DNA of 32,000 bases, from contig NZ_LT670817.1 in the NCBI RefSeq assembly GCF_900129425.1, positions 1,010,278 through 1,042,277 on the forward strand, in the 5' to 3' direction. The notes beneath the pieces were generated by a model that saw only the letters and a program-made list of their open reading frames with translations, was not told the origin of the DNA and searched no databases. The position numbers and the translations under genes were made by a program. Position 1 is the stretch's first letter, and each line of letters begins with the position of its first letter. Positions 18,138-25,091 of the stretch are shown here, in pieces. The stretch is from Bradyrhizobium erythrophlei (GTDB taxonomy: Bacteria; Pseudomonadota; Alphaproteobacteria; Rhizobiales; Xanthobacteraceae).

Positions 18138-18259
18138 GGTTGGTTCAGGAGATAGTCATGAGAGCCCTCGTGCGCATTGTCCTTTCAATATTTGTCGCCG
18201 CTCTGATCGTTCAAACCGCTGGTATTTCCAAATCGTTCGCCGATTGTCCGCCAAACTGT
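18124..18259 (+). repeat. Direct repeat copy 2
   Basis: Matches 15658..15789. It starts inside the last codons of the TPR gene (agtccaattgttga) and ends at the second Cys codon of mini-protein B. Confidence 0.85.
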
Positions 18260-18292
18260 AAGCCGAAAGAAGCTCCGCCCCCGAAGCCATAA
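18158..18292 (+). CDS. Secreted mini-protein B (44 aa), paralog of A; not in the supplied ORF track
   Basis: Hand translation from ATG 18158, preceded by CAGGAGATAGTC and lying 20 nt after the TPR stop: MRALVRIVLSIFVAALIVQTAGISKSFADCPPNCKPKEAPPPKP, stop TAA at 18290-18292. 31 of the first 34 residues are identical to mini-protein A. Confidence 0.65.
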   Translation: MRALVRIVLSIFVAALIVQTAGISKSFADCPPNCKPKEAPPPKP

Positions 18293-18567
18293 CGCCTGAA
18301 GAGCCTCGGGGCCCCGAATTCATTTCGCCTGCGCGATATGGTTATTTTGGCGATCGCGCGGGGATTTGTTTCGTCTTCTGTCCTGAAGTCGGCAAGGCTG
18401 ACCGGACGGATGCTGAATTTTCGTCTTCAGGCCGCAAATTGTTTTGATGTATCTTGACGCGAACCGGTACGGCCCCGGATTGCGTCGGGGCAGGCTTTGG
18501 CTCCAAAACGCTTCACACCCCCTGGCCCGCCTTGCCGGTGCGGAAGCGACCGCAAACGTTGTTTTCA

Positions 18568-20148
18568 TTACCGCGGCATCCCCCGCAGATTTTGCTTCGC
18601 TTCGGGATTGCCGAGCGCCGCCGCCTTCTCGAACCACTGGCGCGCGGCCCTGACATTGCGGCGAACGCCGTCGCCTTCGTTGTAGATCACCCCGAGGTTG
18701 TTCATCGCGGCGGCGTTGCCGAGCGCCGCGCCTTGTTCGAACAGGTGCCGTGCCTCGCCATAATCGCGGGGTACGCCTTTGCCATAAAGATAGATCAGGC
18801 CAAGATTGCCCATGCCTGCAGGCACGCCGGCCTTGGTCGCCAATTCGTACAACCGGCGGGCTTCCGCCAGGTCCTTGACCACGCCGTGCCCGGTCTCATA
18901 GAGCCAGCCGAGGTCGACCATGGCGATCGGTTCGCCGGCCGCCACACCCCTCGCGTACCAGCGGCCCGCCTCGACATAATTGGTGGGTACGCCCTCGTTA
19001 CCCTCGTACACGCTGCCCAGATTGTTCATCGCCATGCCGTAACCGGCGGCGGCTGCTTGCTCGTAGAGCCGCCGCGCCTCGACATAGTCCTTCCGCGCGG
19101 TGGCCACGCGTCCGGCCTCGAAGGTAAATCTCACCACTTCCGGATAGTGCGCGATCGCGTCGTTGCAGGCTGTGGAGGCCGCGGCGACGTTGATCCTGTC
19201 CACTTCCACGCCTGCGAGGTCCGGCGCATGCCCGGTATCGTAGGGCATCCCGGCCAGCCGGTCGCAGTCGGTGACGAGATCGCGGCGGAGCGGATCGTCC
19301 GGCGGCGTGATCCGGGCTTCCTGAACGGGCGTATCAGGCGGTGCCAGCGCCGGCCAGGCGTCCACCGTCGGCGGCTTGCCGGCGAAATAGAAATTGCCCG
19401 CGATCGGCGAGGAGGACACCCACGGCAGTTGCTGGCCGCCGGTCGCCTTCTCCACCGCAAGGCCGACTTCGTTGAACGACTTGAACAGGCCGAAGCCGGG
19501 CCGCTGCATCGTTTCCGCCAGCGCGCGCGTATACGGGCTGTGACCGTCGTCGCCATCGAGCGAGACGCTGCGCGGCTGGGTCGCAAACGAAATCAAGGTC
19601 CCGATGGGTGCCTGCATCTGCGCAAGGCCGCCCGTGGTCGAGCGTACGCCGCGGTCCCTGAACGGGTTGTCGCGACAGGCGTCGAGCAAGACCAGGTTGA
19701 TCCGCGCCCCGGCTTTTTCCATCTGGCCGAGAATGCTCGCAAGACCGGTCATCTGCGCAAACACATCGCCTTCATCGGCCGGATGGGCGTCGACCGGGAC
19801 CAGATAGTTGAGGCCGTGCGTCTCCACGCCGTGGCCGGCATAATAGAACAGCGCGACGTCGGCTCCGGTCAGCGCCGTGCCGAACTTGCGCAGGGCCTCG
19901 TCGAAGCCTGCCTTGTCGAGGTCAAGCTGGGCGCCGCCGCCGACGATGGCAAAGCCGAGCGAGGACAGCGTATCCGCAATCAGCCTGGCATCGGCCGTGG
20001 GGTTGGGCAGCGCCGGCACGGTGCGGTACGCCGAATTGCCGATCACCAGCGCGACGCGTTTTTCCGCATGCGCCGCCGAGCAGCGGCCGGCGCACATCAA
20101 CAATGCCGCGAGTATCCATCGCGACACGATGCCGATCCGGCCGTCCAT
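18568..20148 (-). CDS. Secreted caspase-family (peptidase C14) protein with C-terminal Sel1 repeats
   Basis: ORF 18568..20343. The likely start is ATG 20148, with GGAGAG 9 nt upstream, giving a signal-like N-terminus MDGRIGIVSRWILAALLMCAGRCSAAHA/EKRVALVIGNSAY. C14 His and Cys motifs: FYYAGHGVE and LVLLDACRDNPF. The C-terminus has four full and one partial 36-aa Sel1 repeats (e.g. AGRWYARGVAAGEPIAMVDLGWLYETGHGVVKDLAE). Confidence 0.85.
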   Translation of the reverse strand: MDGRIGIVSRWILAALLMCAGRCSAAHAEKRVALVIGNSAYRTVPALPNPTADARLIADTLSSLGFAIVGGGAQLDLDKAGFDEALRKFGTALTGADVALFYYAGHGVETHGLNYLVPVDAHPADEGDVFAQMTGLASILGQMEKAGARINLVLLDACRDNPFRDRGVRSTTGGLAQMQAPIGTLISFATQPRSVSLDGDDGHSPYTRALAETMQRPGFGLFKSFNEVGLAVEKATGGQQLPWVSSSPIAGNFYFAGKPPTVDAWPALAPPDTPVQEARITPPDDPLRRDLVTDCDRLAGMPYDTGHAPDLAGVEVDRINVAAASTACNDAIAHYPEVVRFTFEAGRVATARKDYVEARRLYEQAAAAGYGMAMNNLGSVYEGNEGVPTNYVEAGRWYARGVAAGEPIAMVDLGWLYETGHGVVKDLAEARRLYELATKAGVPAGMGNLGLIYLYGKGVPRDYGEARHLFEQGAALGNAAAMNNLGVIYNEGDGVRRNVRAARQWFEKAAALGNPEAKQNLRGMPR

Positions 20149-20350
20149 GACAATGCACTCTCCGCGCGCGAGCGAATTCCCGCTGTCTGTTGGTGTCGTA
20201 ACGGCAGGGATTGGTTCGATCAGTGAAGGCCGCCGCGGTCCGAAACGATCGGCGAGTGTGGCCATCTTATTCATTTTAGTTGAATGGCTGGATGCAGCGT
20301 CACAGATCCAATCTTTCCAGAGGTCCGGATACCGGGCTACCACACCTATC

Positions 20351-20388
20351 TTGCATCAATGGTAGAAATTATATATAATTCTACCATG
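20351..20388 (+). promoter_or_regulatory. vapBC sigma70-type promoter with an overlapping inverted-repeat operator
   Basis: TTGCAT (20351-20356), 17 nt, TATAAT (20374-20379). Perfect 9-bp inverted repeat ATGGTAGAA (20359-20367) and TTCTACCAT (20379-20387), separated by an 11-nt AT spacer. Confidence 0.6.
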
Positions 20389-20397
20389 AGGAAGGCG

Positions 20398-20649
20398 ATG
20401 CATCTGAACATCAAAAACGACGAGGCCCATAAGCTTGCAACCGAGCTTGCCGAACTGACCGGCGAAAGCCTGACCTCGGCCGTCACGCTGGCCTTGCGGG
20501 AGCGTCTCGCGCGAGAGCGCCGTCGCCGTCGAACCGACCGCATCGCGGCCCGATTGATGAAGATTGGTAGCCAGTTTGCTGCGCTCGCCGATACCGGACG
20601 CGGCCCGGACGAAATCCTCGGTTATGACGACGACGGCTTGCCGACATGA
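20398..20649 (+). CDS. vapB: Type II antitoxin, VapB/FitA-like
   Basis: ORF 20284..20649. The preferred start is ATG 20398, after GAGGAAGG (20388-20395). MHLNIKNDEAHKLATELAELTGESLTSAVTLALRERL is typical of antitoxins partnered with PIN toxins. Its stop overlaps the vapC start (ATGA). Confidence 0.8.
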   Translation: MHLNIKNDEAHKLATELAELTGESLTSAVTLALRERLARERRRRRTDRIAARLMKIGSQFAALADTGRGPDEILGYDDDGLPT

Positions 20650-21047
20650 TCGTGGTCGACAGTTCGGCCGTCATCGCAATCTTTCGCCAGGAGGAGGATG
20701 CAGAGGTTTATGCGGAAAGCATCGCAGCCGATGAAGATCCGGTGATGTCCGCAGCCAACCTGGTGGAGGTATCGGTTGTGTTGCGTGGGTTGAAAAAGAC
20801 AGTGCCGGAAAAGGCTGAACGATGGCTTGACGATTTCATCAAGGCGGCGGGCATCCGGATAGAACCGGTAACGCCAGAGCAGGCGCAGGCGGCGCGTTTG
20901 GCACACTTGAGATACGGCAAAGGTACCGGGCATGGCGCGGCGCTGAACTATGGCGATTGCTTCGCCTATGCACTGGCAAAGGCAATGGACGCGCCGCTGC
21001 TGTGCAAGGGGAACGATTTTCCGTTGACCGACATAGGCATCGCGTAG
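20646..21047 (+). CDS. vapC: Type II toxin VapC (PIN-domain ribonuclease)
   Basis: 133 aa. MIVVDSSAVIAI (N-terminal Asp), NLVEVSVVL (Glu), YGDCFAYALA (Asp) and LLCKGNDF match the PIN acidic-residue pattern. Confidence 0.9.
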   Translation: MIVVDSSAVIAIFRQEEDAEVYAESIAADEDPVMSAANLVEVSVVLRGLKKTVPEKAERWLDDFIKAAGIRIEPVTPEQAQAARLAHLRYGKGTGHGAALNYGDCFAYALAKAMDAPLLCKGNDFPLTDIGIA

Positions 21048-21168
21048 TCGGAGTGTTCGGACGGACCGGCCTTCATCGCGCGCGGGCGATGCGCTATCGT
21101 TTACAAAGGCTCCTTCCACCACGAATGCCGCCCAAGGACGCAATGGAGGACGTGCCATTCGCGCGAGG

Positions 21169-21687
21169 TCAAGTCCGCCCACTCGGGCGCTTCGCCAGAA
21201 AGCGATCGATCGAAAGAGGTCCGGATCCTCCCAAGACGAGGGTCAACAGGCACGCGAGATAAAGAAGATCGGTTTCATAGCCCGGCGGCCCGAACTGTGC
21301 GCCGGCTGCCGTTATTGCCTGAAGCTTGATTGAGCTGAAGCCATAGGGCAGGTGCACGGTGAATATCGCGGTCAAAAGGACGATCGCCATCGGGATGCTG
21401 GCTAGCGGCACAAGTGCGCCAAGTAACACGGCCAATCCGCCCAGGATCTCCACCGTGATCGTGAGCCATCCCAGCAAATGAGGCGCGGGAAGGCCTATCG
21501 CCGACAAGATGGCAGGGAACGCATCGAAGCCCCGCGCCGCCTTGGCGAAGCCGTGTTCCATGAATCCGTATCCAACGATCAGGCGCAGGGGGATCGGAGC
21601 CCAGCGGGCGAGCGACGGCCGGGTGCTGGGGTAGAGAAGACGGTGCCACGTTCGCGGCCCTTCTTCATGATAACTCATTGATTCCAT
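21169..21687 (-). CDS. DoxX family membrane protein
   Basis: ORF 21169..21759. ATG 21687 follows GAGGGAA. LRLIVGYGFMEHGFAK ... LLGWLTITVEILGGLAVLLG ... AIFTVHLPYGF is DoxX-like with four TM segments. Confidence 0.8.
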   Translation of the reverse strand: MESMSYHEEGPRTWHRLLYPSTRPSLARWAPIPLRLIVGYGFMEHGFAKAARGFDAFPAILSAIGLPAPHLLGWLTITVEILGGLAVLLGALVPLASIPMAIVLLTAIFTVHLPYGFSSIKLQAITAAGAQFGPPGYETDLLYLACLLTLVLGGSGPLSIDRFLAKRPSGRT

Positions 21688-21784
21688 TTCCCTCACTCCG
21701 TTTTTATTTTGGAAAACCGTTGCATGGCGAGAATTTAACGCGAACTCCATTGACATCAAGACATCATGACGTCACGATGGCGTT

Positions 21785-22531
21785 ATGTCACCTGTACCCC
21801 TCTACGAAACGGTCGAGGCCACTCTGGCGGCCGGCATCGCTAACGGCAGCCTGCCGCCCGAAACCCAGTTGCCGCCCGAAGAAGGTCTGACTGAACGGTT
21901 CAAAGTCAGTCGCACCACGGTGCGGAAGGCGATCCAGAATTTGATCGAGCGTGGCCTCGTCGAAGTGCGACGCGGAAAGGGGACTTTCGTCACCCAGCCG
22001 AAGATCACGCAGGAGCTGACCGAGTTGACCGGTTTCGTCGAGGACATGCAGGCGCTGGGGCGAAGCCCGACCGCCCGCTTGCTCGACAAGCGCATCGTCG
22101 CAGCCGACGAAGCCGTCGCCCGCCAACTTGCATTGGCACCCGGGACGCTGGTGGTCAGACTCCGGCGTGTTCGCCTGGCCGACGGCGTTGCCATGTCGTT
22201 CGACGAAACTTATTTGCCGCGCGACATAGGTGAGAAGATTGCGGACAACGACCTCGAGGCTGAGCCGGTCTTCGCGCTGCTGGAGGAGAAGTACAACACG
22301 CCTCTGGTCGAAGCTGAGTACAAGCTGGAAGCGACAGCGGCGGACGCTGTCGCTGCAGAGGCGCTTGAAGTGCCGACCGGCAGTCCGATCTTCCTCGTCG
22401 AGCGCACGTCCTACACGACAGGCAATCGGCCCGTCGACTATGAGCGGTTACACTATCGCGGCGATCTGATCCGGTTCGTGACGCGGCTTGCCCGACGCAC
22501 CAGGACCTCAACCCAAACCAAAGAAGCCTGA
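21785..22531 (+). CDS. GntR family transcriptional regulator, HutC subfamily (UTRA effector domain)
   Basis: 248 aa. N-terminal winged HTH (LPPEEGLTERFKVSRTTVRKAIQNLIERGLVEVRRGKGTFV) and a UTRA-like C-terminus (LVVRLRRVRLADGVAMSFDETYLP ... YRGDLIRF). Confidence 0.9.
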   Translation: MSPVPLYETVEATLAAGIANGSLPPETQLPPEEGLTERFKVSRTTVRKAIQNLIERGLVEVRRGKGTFVTQPKITQELTELTGFVEDMQALGRSPTARLLDKRIVAADEAVARQLALAPGTLVVRLRRVRLADGVAMSFDETYLPRDIGEKIADNDLEAEPVFALLEEKYNTPLVEAEYKLEATAADAVAAEALEVPTGSPIFLVERTSYTTGNRPVDYERLHYRGDLIRFVTRLARRTRTSTQTKEA

Positions 22532-22532
22532 C

Positions 22533-23396
22533 ATGGATGCCGGTTCCGGATCGTGGCTGTTCGTCATGTCCGTCGGCGCGAGCGCGCTGGGCGGGATGCT
22601 CGGCATGGCCAGCGGCATCTTCATCGTGCCGATCCTTACCCTGTTTGGCGGCGTGGACCTGCGCACTGCCATCGGCGCAAGCATCGTCTCAGTGATCGCC
22701 TGCTCCTGCGGCAGCGCGGCATCCTTCCTTGACGGGGGACTCACCAACGTTCGCCTCGCCATCGTGCTGGAGACCACCACGACGCTCGGGGCTCTCACGG
22801 GCGTGTGCTTCGTCGGGTTCGTCCCGGTGTCCTTCCTTTACGGCCTCTTCGCCGTCGTGTTGCTGGTGTCGGCGCATCAGATGCTCGCCCGGCGCGGCGA
22901 TCCGGTCGACATCGGCATTGCCGACACACCCGGCAATTGGGCGGACACACTTCGACTGCACGCGAGCTATCCCGACCATATGCTCGGCCGCAGCGTCACC
23001 TACCGGGTACGACAGCTGCCCCTGGGAATGTTCCTGATGTACGGCGCCGGTGTTATCTCGGCGCTGCTTGGGATCGGCAGCGGCGTGCTCAAGATCCCCG
23101 CGATGGACACCGCCCTCCGCCTGCCGATCAAGGTGTCCTCGGCAACCTCCAACTTCATGATCGGCGTGACCGCGGCGGCCAGCGCGGGGGCGTACTTCAT
23201 CCGAGGTTCCATCGTTCCCGCCGTTGCGGGTCCCGTCGCCTTGGGGTCGGTTCTGGGATCAGTCGTTGGAGCCCGTATCCTGATGCGAATCTCAAATGAA
23301 AGAGTCAGAGCCCTGTTTGTTGTTGTGCTCATAGCCCTTGCGGCGCAGATGCTGCTCTCTGCCTTCCACATCGAGTTGTTCGGAAAGGCCGCATGA
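22533..23396 (+). CDS. TauE/SafE (DUF81) family anion exporter
   Basis: ORF 22488..23396. ATG 22533 lies 1 nt after the GntR stop. Polytopic, with duplicated GxGGG-type segments (GGMLGMASGIFIVPIL; LLGIGSGVLKIPAM). Confidence 0.85.
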   Translation: MDAGSGSWLFVMSVGASALGGMLGMASGIFIVPILTLFGGVDLRTAIGASIVSVIACSCGSAASFLDGGLTNVRLAIVLETTTTLGALTGVCFVGFVPVSFLYGLFAVVLLVSAHQMLARRGDPVDIGIADTPGNWADTLRLHASYPDHMLGRSVTYRVRQLPLGMFLMYGAGVISALLGIGSGVLKIPAMDTALRLPIKVSSATSNFMIGVTAAASAGAYFIRGSIVPAVAGPVALGSVLGSVVGARILMRISNERVRALFVVVLIALAAQMLLSAFHIELFGKAA

Positions 23397-23740
23397 TCAT
23401 GGACGACAAGGCCGTGGACGAAGCTCGCAGGATGGAGTGGCTCGTTTCGCGGCAGCTCAAATACGGTATCTGGCTTGCGTCGAGCGTGACTGCGCTCGGG
23501 ATGATCGTTGCCCTGTTTGGCCGATCCCTCGTCCCGCATGGGCACACCATGACGCTGGGCACGAGCATCGTCATGAAGGGCATCGCACTGATCATCCTGC
23601 TGCCGATCTTGCGTGTTGTCTTGATGCTGATCATGTTCTTGCGCGAGCGTGACTATCTCTTTGGGATGATTTCCGGCATCGTGCTCGTAACGATTGGCGT
23701 AAGCGTAGTTGCCGGGCTGTACGCACCGGCGATTCACTGA
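23393..23740 (+). CDS. DUF1634-like small membrane protein, the usual TauE partner
   Basis: 115 aa, overlapping the TauE stop by 4 nt (ATGA). RRMEWLVSRQLKYGIWLASSVTALGMIV and a second TM pair. This pairing with DUF81 genes is common. Confidence 0.7.
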   Translation: MIMDDKAVDEARRMEWLVSRQLKYGIWLASSVTALGMIVALFGRSLVPHGHTMTLGTSIVMKGIALIILLPILRVVLMLIMFLRERDYLFGMISGIVLVTIGVSVVAGLYAPAIH

Positions 23741-23754
23741 GGCCTTGGTGGACG

Positions 23755-23776
23755 CCGGGGAAATCCCGGGTTTTCT
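23755..23776 (+). terminator. Weak terminator after the TauE/DUF1634 operon
   Basis: ccggg-gaaat-cccgg followed by gttttct. Confidence 0.45.
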
Positions 23777-23848
23777 CGAGCACAGCTTAAGCCGGGCAGC
23801 AAAGGGGCCTCTAAGCGGAATGCCCGATATCTGCAACCGGCGAAACGC

Positions 23849-23922
23849 GGTGGGCCCGCCAGGACTCGAACCTGCAACCAGACCGTGAGTGACCGCCAGA
23901 CCACAAGGCGCACTTCGCGCCC
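23849..23922 (-). other. tRNA-derived 3' fragment (T-arm plus 3' acceptor strand); putative island att remnant or tRNA pseudogene
   Basis: Minus strand 23879 to 23849 reads GGTTGCAGGTTCGAGTCCTGGCGGGCCCACC. That is a T-loop TTCGAGT flanked by GCAGG/CCTGG (one G-G mismatch), a 7-nt acceptor strand, discriminator A and CC. The 5' part (to 23922) gives 6 of 7 acceptor pairs, but I could fold no D arm or anticodon arm. It also contains an internal GGTCTGG direct repeat. Confidence 0.5.
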
Positions 23923-24066
23923 GTCTCTGCATTCAAAACTTCCGTTCCCGGCGGCTGGGCTTGAGCGCGGAAAGCCCGACCATAATTGGGCCCGTCTTCA
24001 GGCCCATCAAAACGGCCCTGTCGACCAGCACAGTCCTGCGCCGTCGGCGACAGTTGGAGTTTGATC

Positions 24067-24246
24067 ATGCTAAATGACCGAGAGAATATCCTGAGGGCGC
24101 TCCGCGAGAAGCCGCTCAAAGTCTATGAGATCATGAAACGCGCCAATGTCGTGAATGAGGAAGCCTGCCAGTCCCTCCTGTTGAAAATGCGAGGCGAAGG
24201 TCTGGTAAAGTTCGATATTCACAAAGGACGATGGCTCATCGGATAG
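24067..24246 (+). CDS. Small winged-helix-like protein, hypothetical
   Basis: ATG 24067 lies 8 nt after GGAG. MLNDRENILRALREKPLKVYEIMKRANVVNEEACQSLLLKMRGEGLVKFDIHKGRWLIG resembles a stand-alone wHTH. Confidence 0.5.
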   Translation: MLNDRENILRALREKPLKVYEIMKRANVVNEEACQSLLLKMRGEGLVKFDIHKGRWLIG

Positions 24247-24298
24247 ACCCGGCGAAGAGATGGCGATTACGCCAATCGATTGAACGCTGACAACAACA

Positions 24299-24508
24299 AT
24301 GGTCGGAACAGCACCCATGACCGGCGATCAATCCAGAGGACTCAAAGTCGGCGACCGTGTTTGTTGGGGAGCCACGACAACGGATCTGGGCACGGTTATC
24401 GCAACGTCCTGGAGTGAAGTCACCATTTCTTGGGATGACGGAGATGCAAGTTCAGTCTCGCACAACGATATGGTGAAGGTTGAACGGGTGCCTATGAAAC
24501 CGATGTGA
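24299..24508 (+). CDS. Hypothetical small protein
   Basis: 69-aa ORF. LKVGDRVCWGATTTDLGTVIATSWSEVTISWDDGD looks like a small beta-rich domain. No homology recognised. Confidence 0.4.
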   Translation: MVGTAPMTGDQSRGLKVGDRVCWGATTTDLGTVIATSWSEVTISWDDGDASSVSHNDMVKVERVPMKPM

Positions 24509-24673
24509 GCGACTGTTCCGGCAAGGGTCGAACTGAATCGACGGGCACGGGCGTGGTGTGAGGTTGCAAGATGAACTATTCAAAAGTGAACGCCGAATAA
24601 CGCCGCTATATCGCGCAACACGATGGTTCACAGCAACGCTCGCCCGGGCTTAAAGATCGCTGGGCCCGGACGA

Positions 24674-24703
24674 GGAAAGGGAGCGCCGGTTCACGCCGGC
24701 GGG
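24674..24703 (+). terminator. Rho-independent terminator
   Basis: cgccgg-ttcacg-ccggcg followed by ggttttgtttgc. Confidence 0.5.
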
Positions 24704-24879
24704 TTTTGTTTGCTTGCCCTAATACCGCGGACCGCCGACTTGCGCGTTGCGCGGTTGGCGGCGCTATCTTCGGCAATCAGTTTCAAAGCCGAAGCTTCGT
24801 CGCTACAAGAAGCGATGCTTAGCCGATCAGCGTACACGATCCACTGATGGCCAATTTCCTTGACCGAATATTCTGTCAT
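24691..24879 (-). CDS. Hypothetical small protein
   Basis: ORF 24691..24921. The internal ATG 24879 gives MTEYSVKEIGHQWIVYADRLSIASCSDEASALKLIAED. No homology recognised. Confidence 0.35.
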   Translation of the reverse strand: MTEYSVKEIGHQWIVYADRLSIASCSDEASALKLIAEDSAANRATRKSAVRGIRASKQNPPA

Positions 24880-25091
24880 TTCGAGGCCTACCACTGTGAG
24901 ACCCCCAGCCAGAATTGGCATTTACACCTGACTGGCCTTACCGTTCGGTTAACTGGCAAAGGAAAGCCGTCAGCACTCGCGCCCCGCATGCGGGCTCCTC
25001 TTGGCCAATCCGCTGTTTTGATAATCCAGGTAATGGACGCAACGGGTCAACACGGCACTCATTTCTGACACTTCGAGGCGAGACAAACCTG

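Noticed and set aside
23849-23990. Considered whether the tRNA-like element is tRNA-Sec, or the acceptor piece of a two-piece (permuted) alphaproteobacterial tmRNA.
   Set aside because: No TCA anticodon loop and no 8-bp acceptor partner at a suitable distance; the GGGCCC at 23978-23983 is about 130 nt away. No ANDN-type tag reading frame lies nearby on the minus strand, and no matching 5' acceptor strand lies downstream.
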